Shown: piece by piece, positions 45,301-59,200 of the stretch
Layout of the letters: each line of letters starts with the position of its first letter
Position numbering within the stretch: position 1 is the first letter of the stretch
Assembly: GCF_009914755.1 (NCBI RefSeq)
Contig: NC_060940.1
DNA: 64,000 nucleotides
From: the human T2T-CHM13v2.0 reference genome, Homo sapiens
Direction: 5' to 3' (one strand)
The notes under the pieces: generated by a model
Told to the model about the DNA's origin: nothing
What the model saw: the letters and a program-made list of their open reading frames with translations, nothing else
The model's database searches: none
Translations under genes and position numbers: made by a program

Positions 45301-45917
45301 ATTCGATTCCATTCGATGATGATTCCCTTTGATTCCATTCAAAGATGATTCCATTCTAGCCCATTCAATCATTCCATTCGATTCTATTCAATGATGATTC
45401 CATTCATGTCGATTTGGTGATTCCATTTGACTTCATTTGATGATGATTCCTTTCAAGTTCATTAGATGATTCCATTCGATTCCATTTGATGATGATCCCA
45501 TTCGAGTCCATTCAGTGATTCCACTCGTTTCCATTCCATGATGATTCCATTCCATTCCATTCAATGATTCCATTCGATTCCGTTTGATGATGATTTCATT
45601 CGAGTCCATTTGATGATTCCATTTGATTCCATTCGATGATGATTCCATTCGAGTCCATTCGATGATTGTATTCGAATCCATTTGATGATTTCTTTTGATT
45701 ATAGTTGGTGATGATTCCATTGGAGTCCATTCAATGATTCCATTCGATTCCAATCGATGGTGATTCCATTAGAGTCCATTTAATGATTCCATTTGATTCC
45801 AGTCTCTGATGATTACATTCGAGTCCATACAATGATTCCACTCAATTCCATATGATGATGATTCAATTCGATTCCATTCGATGATTCCATTCTATTCTAT
45901 TCAATGGTGATTCCATT
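40259..45917 (+). repeat. Second, partial (~5.66 kb) copy of the long unit, matching 27594-33252
   Basis: Shared private variants (GAGTCGACTTAG 29727/42392, TCGATGCGATGATG ~30472/43137, GGTTTCACATCG ~30689/43354); identity ends after GGTGATTCCATTC at 33241/45906. Confidence 0.92.
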
Positions 45918-48900
45918 CAAATCCATTCGATAATTCAATTCAAGTCCATTCGATGATGATTAAAATCGAATCCATTCAAAGATTCCATTCAGTTCCATTC
46001 GATGATTCCCTTAGATTCCATTCGATGATTCCACTTGATTCCATTTACGATGATTCCATTCGATTCCATGTCATGATTCCATTCAATTCTATTCAATGCT
46101 GTTTCCATTTGATTCCATTCGACCATGATTGCCTTTGATTCCATTCAATGATTATGGCTATCGATTCCACTCGTTGATTCCATTTGATTCCGTTCGATGA
46201 TTATTCCGTTAGATTCCATTAGAAGATTCCATTCGATTTTATTCAATGATTCCAATGGATTCCATTCAATGATGATTCCATTCGACTCCATTCAGTGATT
46301 CCATTCGAGTCCATTTGATGATTCCATTCTTTTCCATTTGATGATGATTCCATTAGGGTCCATTCAATGATTCCATTCGAGTCCATTCGTTAATGCCTTT
46401 CGAGTCCTTTTGATCACTACATTCGAGTCCATTCAATGATTCTATTCGATTCCATTCCATGATGATTCCATTCGAGTTCATTCGATGATTGCATTCGAGT
46501 CCATTTGATGATTCCATATGATTCCCTTCGACAATGATTCCATTCGTGTCCATTTGATGATTCCATTCATTTCCTATCGATGAAGATTCCATTCAAGTGT
46601 ATTCGATGATTCCATTCAAATCCATTCGATGATGATTCCATTCCAGTCCATTCGATCATTCCACTTGATTCCATTTGATGACTATTCCATTCAAATCCAT
46701 TTGATGATTCCATTCGAATCCATTCGATGTTACCATTCGAGTATATACGATGATTCCACTCGATTCCATTTGATGATTATTCCATTGGAGTCCACTTAGT
46801 GAATCCTTTAGATTCTACTGGAAGATGATTCCATTCGAGTCCATTCGATGATACCATTCAATTCCATTCGTTGATGCTTCCATTCAAGTGCATTCGATGA
46901 TATCATTCGATTCCATTTGATGATAATTCCATTTGATTCCATGCGATGATTCTATTCGATTCCATTCAATGATAATTCCATTCAATTCAGTGATTCCTCT
47001 GGACTCCATTTGATGATGATTCCATTCAATGATTCCATTCGATTCTATTCGAAAATGATTCCATTTGAATCCATTTGATGATGATTCCATTGGATTCCAT
47101 TTGATGATTCCATTCGATTCCATTCGATGATGATTCCATTCGATTCCTTTTGATGATTCCATTCTATTGTATTCGATGATGATTCCATTCGATTCCATTC
47201 GATGATGATTGGATTCGATTCCATTTGATGATTTCATTTGATTCCATTCGATAATGATTTCGATCAATTCCATTCGATGATTCCATTCGATTCCATTCGA
47301 TAATGATTACATCCGAGTCCATTCGATGATTCCATTTGAGCCCGTTCGATAATTCCATTTGAGTCCAATCAATGATTCCATTCATTTCCATTCAATGATT
47401 CCATTCGAGTCCATTTGATCATTCCGGTAGGGTCCGTTCGATGTTGATTCCATTGGAGTGCATTCGATGATTCCATTCGAGTCCATTTTAGGATTTGATT
47501 CGAGTCCTTTCGATGATTCCATTCGATTCCACTCGATGATTTCATTCGAGTCCATTCGACACTTCCAATCGATTCCATTTGATGATTCCATTCGAGTCCA
47601 ATTGATGATTCCATTCAATTCCATTCGATGATGATTCCGTACGATTCCATTCTGTGATGATTCCATGTGATTGCATTCAATGATGATTCCTTTCGATTGC
47701 ATTCGATTATGATTCATTTCGTGTTCATTCTATGGTTCCACAGGTTTCCATTCGATGATGTTTCCATTCGTGTCCATTCCATTATTCCATTCTATTCCAT
47801 TTGAAGATGATTCCATTCGATTCCATTCATTGGTGATTCCACTCAATTCCATTCAATGATTCCATTCCATTTCTTTCAACAATGATTCCATTAGTTTCTA
47901 TTCGATGATCCACTTGATTCCATTTGACGATGATTCCATTCGTGTCCATTCGATGATTCCATTTGATTCCATATGATGATGATTCCATTCGATTCCATAC
48001 GATGATGATTCCATTCGAGTCCATTCAATGGTGATTCCATTCAATTCCATTCGATGATTCCTTTTGATTCCATTCAATGATGATGGCATTCGATTCCTTT
48101 CGATCATTCCCTTTGATTCCATTCAAAGGTGATTTCATTCAAGTCCATTCGATGATGATTCCGTATGAATCCATTCTCTGATTATTCCATTCGATTCCAT
48201 TCATTGACGATTCCATTCAATTCCATTCAATGATGATTCTCTTCTATTCCATTCGATGATTCCGGTCGATTCCATTCGATGATGATTCCATTAGATTCCA
48301 TTCGATTGTTGCATTCGATTCCCTTCGATGATGATTCCTTTGAATTCCATTCGATTATCATTCTGTATGAATCCATTTGATGATTATTCCATTGGATTCC
48401 TTTCGATGATGATTCCATTCGAGTCCATTCGATGATTCTATTCGAATCCATTTGATGATTTCTTTTGATTATAGTTGTTGATGATTCCTTTGGAGTCCAT
48501 TCCATGATTCCATTCGATTCCAATCGATGATGATTCCATTAGTGTCCATTTAATGATTCCATTTGATTCCAGTCTCTGATGATTACATTCGAGTCCATAC
48601 GATGATTCCACTCAATTCCATATGATGATGATTCCATTCGATTCCATTCGATGATTCCATTCTATTCTATTCAATGGTGATTCCATTCGAGTACATTAGA
48701 TGATTCCATTCGATTCCATTCAATGATGATTCTATTTGTGTCCCTTACATGGTTCCACATGATTTCATTAGATGATGATACTATTTGAGCCCATCCAATG
48801 ATTCCCTTCGATTCCATTCGATGAGGATTCCATTCGATTCAATTCATTGGTGATTCTATTCAATTCAATTCTTTGATTCCATTCCATTCCATTCGACAAT

Positions 48901-50128
48901 GATTCCATTCGATTTCTTTCGATGATTCCACTCGATTCCACTTGACATTGATTCCATTCGATTCCATTCAATGATTCCACTTGATTCCAGTGGATGATGA
49001 TTGCCATCGATTCCATTCGATCACTCCATTCTATTCCATTTGATGATGATTACATTCGATTCCATTTGATGATTCCATCTGATTCTATTCGAGGATTCCA
49101 TTTGATTCCATTCGATGATGATTCCATTTGAGTCCATTCGATGATTTCATTCGAGTACATCCAATGATTCCATTCGAGTCCATTTGATGATTCCATTTGA
49201 TTCCATTTGATTATGATTCTACTAGAGTCCATTCAATGACTCCATTCGAATCCATTCAACAATTCCATTCGAGTCCATTCGAAGATTCCATTTCATGATT
49301 CCATTCCAGTCCATTTAATCATTACAGTCGAGTCCATTTGGTGATTCCACTGGATTTCTTTTGATACTGATACCATTCCATTACATTTGATGATGATCCC
49401 ATTCAATTTCATTAGATGATGATTCCATTAGAGTCCATTCAATGATTTCATTCGAGTCCCTTCGTTGATTCCATACGATTTCATTGGATGATGACTCCAT
49501 TCGAGTCCATTCGATGATTCCACTCGATTCCATTAGATGATTCCATTGGAGTCCATTTGATTGTTCCATTCGATTCCATTCGATTCCTTTCGAAGATTAT
49601 TCCATTTGAGTACATTCGATGATGTTTCCATTCCATTCCATTCCATTCGATGATTCCGTTTGATTCCATTCGATGATTCCCTTTGATTCCTTTCTATGAT
49701 GATTCCATTCCATTCCATTCAATGATTCCATTCGAATCTATTCCATGATGATTCCTTTCGATTCCATTCGCTGATGTTTCCGTTCAATTCCATTCGATGA
49801 TGATTCCATTCGATTCCATTCATTGAGGATTCCATTGGATTCCATTCAATGATGATTCCATTCTATTCCATTCAATGATTGCATTCAATTCCATTCAATG
49901 ATTATCCCCTTAGAGTAAACTCAACGATTCCATTCAATACCATTCGATGATGATTCCTTTTGAGTCCATTCAATGATTTCATTCAAGTCCATTTGATGAT
50001 TCCTTTCAATTCCATTCTATGATGATTCCATTCGAGTCCATTCGATGATTCCATTCGATTGCATTCGACGATTCCCTTATATTCCATTCAATGATGATTC
50101 CATTCGAGTCCATTCGATGATTCCATTA
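45918..50128 (+). repeat. Rearranged mosaic of four out-of-order HSat2 fragments
   Basis: 45918-46150 matches 8865-9097; 46151-48152 matches ~29066-31083; 48153-48420 matches ~28465-28732; 48421-50128 matches ~32986-34698. Confidence 0.85.
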
Positions 50129-53100
50129 GAGTACATTTAATGATTGCTTTGTTTTCAATTCGAAGATGATTACGTTGGATTCCATTCTTTGATACCATTC
50201 GATTCCATTCAATGATGATTCCACTCAAATCCATTGGATGATTCCATTCGTGTCCATTCGGTGATTTCATTAGATTCCATTCGAGGATGATTCCATTCGA
50301 TGATTCCATTCAATTCCATTCGATGATGATTCCATTCCAGTCCATATGATCATTCCATTTGATTTCATTCGATGATGATTCCATTCGATTCCATTCGACG
50401 ATTCCATTCTATTCCATTCGATGATGATTCCATTCGAGTCCATTCGATGATTCCATTCGAGTCCATTTAATGATTCCATTGGGTTCAATTCAATGATGAT
50501 TACATTGGATTCCGTTCTATGATTCCATTCAATTCCGTTCATTGACAATTTGATTCCATTCGATGATGATTCCATTTGAGTTCATTCGATGATTCTATTC
50601 GATTCTCTTCGATGGTGATTCAATTCTATTATATTGGATGATTCCATTCGATTCCATTTGATGTTGATTCAATTCGATTCTATTCGATGATGATTCCATT
50701 GGATTTCACTTGATGATTCTATTCGATTCCATTCAATGATGATTCACTTCTCGTCCATTGGATGATTCCATTTCATTCCATTCGATGATGATTCCATTCG
50801 ATTCCATTCGATGATTCCATTTGATTCCATGCGACGGTGAGCAATTCGATTCAATTCCATGATGATTCTATTTGATTCAATTAGATGATGTTTCCATTCG
50901 AATCCATTCCATGATTATTCCATTGGAATCCATTCGGCGATGATTCCATATGAGTCAATTCAATGATGATTCCATATGGGTCCGTTCGATGATAATTCCA
51001 TTTGATTTCATTCGATGCTTCTATTCAATTCCAGTTGATGATGATTCCGTTGGAGTCCATACGATGATTCCATTTGATTTCATTTGATGATGATTCCAAT
51101 CGATTCCATTCGATGATGATTACATTGGATTCCATTCTATGATTCCATTCAATTCCATTCGTTGATGATTCGATTCCCTTGAATGATGATTCCACTTGAG
51201 TTCATTCAATGATTCTATTCGATTCCGTTCGATGGTGATTCAATTCTCTTATATTGGATGATTCCACTCGATTCCATTTGATGATTATTCCATTGGAGTC
51301 CACTTAGTGAATCCTTTAGATTCTACTCGAAGATGATTCCATTCGAGTCCATTCTTTGATACCATTCAATTCCATTCGTTGATGCTTCCATTCAAGTGCA
51401 TTCGATGATATCATTCGATTCCATTTGATGATAATTCCATTTGATTCCATGCGATGATTCTATTCGATTCCATTCAATGATAATTCCATTCACTTCAGTG
51501 GTTCCTCTGGACTCCATTTGATGATGATTCCATTCAATGATTCCATTCGATTCTATTCCAAAATGATTCCATTTGAATCCATTTGATGATGATTCCATTA
51601 GATTCCATTTCATGATTCCATTCGATTCCATTCGACGATGATTCCATTCGATTCCATTTGATGATTCCATTCTATTCTATTCGATGATGATTCCATTCGA
51701 TTCCATTCGATGATGATTGGATTCGATTCCATTTGATGACTTCATTTGATTCCATTCGTTAATGATTTCGATCAATTCCATTCGATGATTCCATTCGATT
51801 CCATTCGATAATGATTACATCCGAGTCCATTCGATGATTCCATTTGAGCCCGTTCGATAATTCCATTTGAGTCCAATCAATGATTCCATTCATTTCCATT
51901 CAATGATTCCATTCGAGTCCATTTGATCATTCCGGTAGGGTCCATTCGATGTTGATTCCATTGGAGTGCATTCGATGATTCCATTCTAGTCCATTTTTGG
52001 ATTTGATTCGAGTCCTTTCGATGATTCCATTCGACTCCACTCGATGATGATTTCATTCGAGTCCATTCGACACTTCCAATCGATTCCATTTGTTGTTTCC
52101 TTTCGAGTCCAATTGATGATTCCATTCAATTCCATTCGATGATGATTCCGTACGGTTCCATTCTGTGATGATTCCATGTGATTGCATTCAATGATGATTA
52201 CTTTCGATTGCATTCGATTATGATTCATTTCGTGTTCATTCTATGGTTCCACAGGTTTCCATTCGTGTCCATTCCATTATTCCATTCTATTCCATTTGAT
52301 GATGATTCCATTCGATTCCATTCATTGGTGATTCCACTCAATTCCATTCAATGATTCCATTCCATATCTTTCAACATTGATTCCATTAGTTTCTAATAGA
52401 TGATCCACTTGATTCCATTTGACGACGATTCCATTCTTGTCCATTCGATGATTCCATTTGATTCCATATGATGATGATTCCATTCGATTCCATACGATGA
52501 TGATTCCATTCGAGTCCATTCAATGGTGATTCCATTCAATTCCATTCGATGATTCCTTTCGATTCCATTTGTTGATGATGGCATTCGATTCCTTTCAATC
52601 ATTCCCTTTGATTCCATTCAAAGGTGATTTCATTCAAGTCCATTTGATAATTGCATTCGATTCCATTCTATGATGATTCCATTCGAGTCCATTTGATGAT
52701 TCCATTCGATTCAAGTCAATGATGATTCCATTCGATTCCATTCGATGATTCCATTGGATTCCATTCGATGATGATTCCATTCAAATCCATTCGATAATTC
52801 AATTCAAGTCCATTCGATGATGATTCCAATCGAATCCATTCAAAGATTCCATTCAGTTCCATTCGATGATTCCCTTAGATTCCATTCGATGATTCCACTT
52901 GATTGCATTTACGATGATTCCATTCGATTCCATGTGATGATTCCATTCAATTCTATTCAATGATGTGTCCATTTGATTCCATTCGACCATGATTGCCTTT
53001 GATTCCATTCAATGATTCCATTCGGTTCCTTTTGAGGATGATTCCGTTCGATTCCATTTGATGATTCCATTTGATTCCATTGGATGAGTCCATTCCATTA

Positions 53101-56100
53101 CATTCGATGATAATTCCATTCGAGTGCATTAGATGATTCCATTCGAGTCCATTCGATGATTCCATTCGATTCCATTCGATGTTGATTCTGTTCAAATCCA
53201 TTCGATGATTCCACTCGATTCCATTCGATGACTCCATTTGATCCCATTCGATGATTTCCTTTGATTCCCTTTGATGATCATTCCATTTGATTCAATTCGG
53301 TGATTTCATTTGATTCCATTCAGTGATGTTTCCATTCGACTCCATTCGATGATGATTCCATTCGACTCCATTCGATTATGATTTCATTCAATTCCATTCG
53401 ATAATGATTCCCTTCGAGTCCATTCGATGATTCCATTCGATTCCATTCAACGATGTTTTGATTCGTGTCCATTCGATGATTCCATTTGATTCCACTTGAT
53501 GATGATTCCATTCGATTCCACTTGATGATGATTCCATTCGAGTCCATTTGATGATTCCATTCAATTCCATACTCCGATGATTTCTTTTGAGCCCACTCAA
53601 TGCTTCCACTCGATTCCATATGATGATGACTCCATTCGATGAAATTCGATGATGATTCCATTCGCTTGCTTTCGATGATGATTCCACTTGAGTCCGTTAG
53701 AAGCTTCTATTCAATTACATTCCATGACGATTCCGTTCGAGTCCATTTGATGATTCCATTAGACTCCATTCGACGATGATTCCATTCGATGTTATTCGAT
53801 GATTCCATTCGATCTCATTCGATGATGATTCCATTCAACTCCATTCGATGTTTCCATTCGAGTTTATTCTATTATTCCATTAGATTCCATTCGATGATGA
53901 TTCCATTCGATTTCATTTGATGATTGCATTCTATTTCATTTGATGATGATTCCATTCGAGTCTACTCGATGATTCCATTCGAGTCCATTTAATGAATCCA
54001 TTGGTTTCAATTCTATGATGATTACATTGGATTCCATTCGTTGATGATTTCATTCGGTTCCATTCAATGATGATTCTATTCAATTCCTTTCAATGTTTCC
54101 ATTCAATTCCATACGATGATGATTCCATTTGATTTGTTTCGACAGTGAGCCATTCGATTCAATTCCATGATGATTCTATTTGATTCAATTGGTTGACATT
54201 TCCATTCGATTCCATTCGATGATGATTCCCTTTGATTCCATTCAAAGATGATTCCATTCTAGCCCATTCAATCATTCCATTCGATTCTATTCAATGATGA
54301 TTCCATTCATGTCGATTTGGTGATTCCATTTGACTTCATTTGATGATGATTCCTTTCAAGTTCATTAGATGATTCCATTCGATTCCATTTTATGATGATC
54401 CCATTCGAGTCCATTCAGTGATTCCATTCGTTTCCATTCCATGATGATTCCATTCCATTCCATGCAATGATTCCATTCGATTCCGTTTGATGATGATTTC
54501 ATTCGAGTCCATTTGATGATTCCATTTGATTCCATTCGATGATGATTCCATTCGAGTCCATTCGATGATTCTATTCGAATCCATTTGATGATTTCTTTTG
54601 ATTATATTTGGTGATGATTCCATTGGAGTCCATTCAATGATTCCATTCTATTCCAATCGATGATGATTCCATTAGAGTCCATTTAATGATTCCATTTGAT
54701 TCCAGTCTCTGATGATTACATTCGAGTCCATACGATGATTCCACTCAATTCCATATGATGATGATTCCATTCGATTCCATTCGATGATTCCATTCTATTC
54801 TATTCAATGGTGATTCCATTCGATTCCATTCAATGATGATTCTATTTGTGTCCCTTAGATGATTCCACATGATTCCATTAGATGATGATACTATTTGAGC
54901 CCATCCAATGATTCCCTTCGATTCCATTCGATGAGGATTCCATTCGATTCAATTCATTGGTGATTCTATTCAATTCAATTCTTTGATTCCATTCCATTCC
55001 ATTCGACAATGATTCCATTCGATTTCTTTCGATGATTCCACTCGATTCCACTTGACATTGATTCCATTCGATTCCATTCAATGATTCCATTTGATTCCAG
55101 TGGATGATGATTGCCATCGATTCCATTCGATTACTCCATTCTATTCCATTTGATGATGATTACATTCGATTCCATTTGATGATTCCATCTGATTCTATTC
55201 GAGGATTCCATTTGATTCCATTCGATGATGATTCCATTCGAGTCCATTCGATGATTTCATTCGAGTACATCCAATGATTCCATTCGAGTCCATTTGATGA
55301 TTCCATATGATTCCATTTGATTATGATTCTACTAGAGTCCATTCAATGACTCCATTCGAGTCCATTCAACAATTCCATTCGACTCCATTCGATGATTCCA
55401 TTCGATTCCATTTGATGATTCCATTCGAGTCCATTTAATCATTACAGTCGAGTCCATTTGGTGATTCCACTGGATTTCTTTTGATAATGATACCATTCAA
55501 TTACATTTGATGATGATCCCATTCAATTTCATTTGATGGTGATTCCATTAGAGTCCATTCGATGATTTCATTCGAGTCCCTTCATTGATTCCATCCGATT
55601 TCATTTGATGATGACTCCATTCGAGTCCATTCGATGATTCCACTCGATTCCATTAGATGATTCCATTGGAGTCCATTTGATTGTTCCATTCGATTCTATT
55701 CGATTCCTTTCGAAGATTATTCCATTTGAGTCCATTCGATGATGATTCCATTCCATTCCATTCGATGATTCCGTTTGATTCCATTCGATGATTCCCTTCG
55801 ATTCCTTTCTTTGATGATTCCATTCCATTCCATTCAATGATTCCATTCGAATCTATTCCATGATGATTCCTTTCGATTCCATTCGCTGATGTTTCCGTTC
55901 AATTCCATTCGATGATGATTCCATTCGATTCCATTCATTGAGGATTCCATTTGATTCCATTCAATGATGATTCCATTCTATTCCATTCAATGATTGCATT
56001 CAATTCCTTTCAATGATTATCCCATTAGAGTAAACTCAAAGATTCCATTCAATACCATTCGATGATGATTCCTTTTGAGTCCATTCAATGATTTCATTCA

Positions 56101-56243
56101 AGTCCATTTGATGATTCCTTTCAATTCCATTCTATGATGATTCCATTCGAGTCCATTCGATGATTCCATTCGATTGCATTCGATGATTCCATTATATTCC
56201 ATTCAACGATGATTCCATTCGAGTCCATTCGATGATTCCATTA
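50129..56243 (+). repeat. Diverged 6.1-kb unit (6,115 bp = 6,112 - 10 + 10 + 26 - 23)
   Basis: Landmark at 50129 and 56244; indels near 50295 (-10), 51100 (+10), 53510 (+26) and 54820 (-23) sum to +3. Confidence 0.92.
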
Positions 56244-59200
56244 GAGTACATTTAATGATTGCTTTGTTTTCAATTCGAAGATGATTACATTGGATTCCAT
56301 TCTATGATACCATTCGATTCCATTCAATGATGATTCCACTCAAATCCATTGGATGATTCCATTCGTGTCCATTCGGTGATTTCATTAGATTCCATTCGAG
56401 GATGATTCCATTTGATTCCATTCGATGATTCCATTCAATTCCATTCGATGATGATTCCATTCCAGTCCATATGATCATTCCATTTGATTTCATTCGATGA
56501 TGATTCCATTCGATTCCATTCGATGATTCCATTCTATTCCATTCGATGATGATTCCATTCGAGTCCATTCGATGATTCCATTCGAGTCCATTTAATGATT
56601 CCATTGGGTTCAATTCAATGATGATTACATTGGATTCCGTTCTATGATTCCATTCAATTCCCTTCATTGACAATTTGATTCCATTCGATGATGATTCCAT
56701 TTGAGTTCATTCGATGATTCTATTCGATTCTCTTCGATGGTGATTCAATTCTATTATATTGGATGATTCCATTCGATTCCATTTGATGTTGATTCAATTC
56801 GATTCTATTCGATGATGATTCCATTGGATTTCACTTGATGATTCTATTCGATTCCATTCAATGATGATTCACTTCTCGTCCATTGGATGATTCCATTTCA
56901 TTCCATTCGATGATGATTCCATTCGATTCCATTCGATGATTCCATTTGATTCCATGCGTCGGTGAGCAATTCGATTCAATTCCATGATGATTCTATTTGA
57001 TTCAATTAGATGATGTTTCCATTCGAATCCATTCCATGATTATTCCATTGGAATCCATTCGGCGATGATTCCATATGAGTCAATTCAATGATGATTCCAT
57101 ATGGGTCCGTTCGATGATAATTCCATTTGATTTCATTCGGTGCTTCTATTCAATTCCAGTCGATGATGATTCCGTTGGAGTCCATACGATGATTCCATTT
57201 GATTTCATTTGATGATGATTCCATTCGATGATGATTACATTGGATTCCATTCTATGATTCCATTCAATTCCATTCGTTGATGATTCGATTCCATTCAATG
57301 ATGATTCCATTTGAGTTCATTCGATGATTCTATTCGATTCCGTTCGATGGTGATTCAATTCTCTTATATTGGATGATTCCACTCGATTCCATTTGACGAT
57401 AATTCCATTGGAGTCCACTTAGTGAATCCTTTAGATTCTACTCGAAGATGATTCCATTCGAGTCCATTCGATGATACCATTCAATTCCATTCGTTGATGC
57501 TTCCATTCAAGTGCATTCGATGATATCATTCGATTCCATTTGATGATAATTCCATTTGATTCCATGCGATGATTCTATTCGATTCCATTCAACGATAATT
57601 CCATTCAATTCAGTGATTCCTCTGGACTCCATTTGATGATGATTCCATTCAATGATTCCATTCGATTCTATTCGAAAATGATTCCATTTGAATCCATTTG
57701 ATGATGATTCCATTAGATTCCATTTGATGATTCCATTCGATTCCATTCGATGATGATTCCATTCGATTCCGTTTGATGATTCCATTCTATTCTATTCGAT
57801 GATGATTCCATTCGATTCCATTCGATGATGATTGGATTCGATTCCATTTGATGATTTCATTTGATTCCATTCGTTAATGATTTCGATCAATTCCATTCGA
57901 TGATTCCATTCGATTCCATTCGATAATGATTACATCCGAGTCCATTCGATGATTCCCTTTGAGCCTGTTCGATAAATCCATTTGAGTCCAACCAATGATT
58001 CCATTCATTTCCATTCAATGATTCCATTCGAGTCCATTTGATCATTCCGGTAGGGTCCATTCGATGTTGATTCCATTGGAGTGCATTCGATGATTCCATT
58101 CGAGTCCATTTTAGGATTTGATTCGAGTCCTTTCGATGATTCCATTCGATTCCACTCGATGATGATTTCATTCGAGTCCATTCGACACTTCCAATCGATT
58201 CCATTTGATGATTCCATTCGAGTCCAATTGATGATTCCATTCAATTCCATTCGATGATGATTCCGTACGATTCCATTCTGTGATGATTCCATGTGATTGC
58301 ATTCAATGATGATTCCTTTCGATTGCATTCGATTATGATTCATTTCGTGTTCATTCTATGGTTCCACAGGTTTCCATTCGTGTCCATTCCATTATTCCAT
58401 TCTATTCCATTTGATGATGATTCCATTCGATTCCATTCATTGGTGATTCCACTCAATTCCATTCAATGATTCCATTCCATTTCTTTCAACAATGATTCCA
58501 TTAGTTTCTAATCGATGATCCACTTGATTCCATTTGACGACGATTCCATTCTTGTCCATTCGATGATTCCATTTGATTCCATATGATGATGATTCCATTC
58601 GATTCCATACCATGATGATTCCATTCGAGTCCATTCAATGGTGATTCCATTCAATTCCATTCGATGATTCCTTTTGATTCCATTCGATGATGATGGCATT
58701 CGATTCCTTTCAATCATTCCCTTTGATTCCATTCAAAGGTGATTTCATTCAAGTCCATTCGATAATTGCATTCGATTCCATTCTATGATGATTCCATTCG
58801 AGTCCATTTGATGATTCCTTTCAATTCAAGTCAATGATGATTCCATTCGATTCCATTCGATGATTCCATTGGATTCCATTCGATGATGATTCCATTCAAA
58901 TCCATTCGATAATTCAATTCAAGTTCACTCGATGATGATTAAAATCGAATCCATTCAAAGATTCCATTCAGTTCCATTCGATGGTTCCCTTAGATTCCAT
59001 TCGATGATTCCACTTGATTCCATTTACGATGATTCCATTCGATTCCATGTGATGATTCCATTCAATTCTATTCAATGATGTCTCCATTTGATTCCATTCG
59101 ACCATGATTGCCTTTGATTCCATTCAATGACTCCATTCGGTTCCTTTTGATGATGATTCCGTTCGATTCCATTTGATGATTCCATTTGATTCCATTGGAT

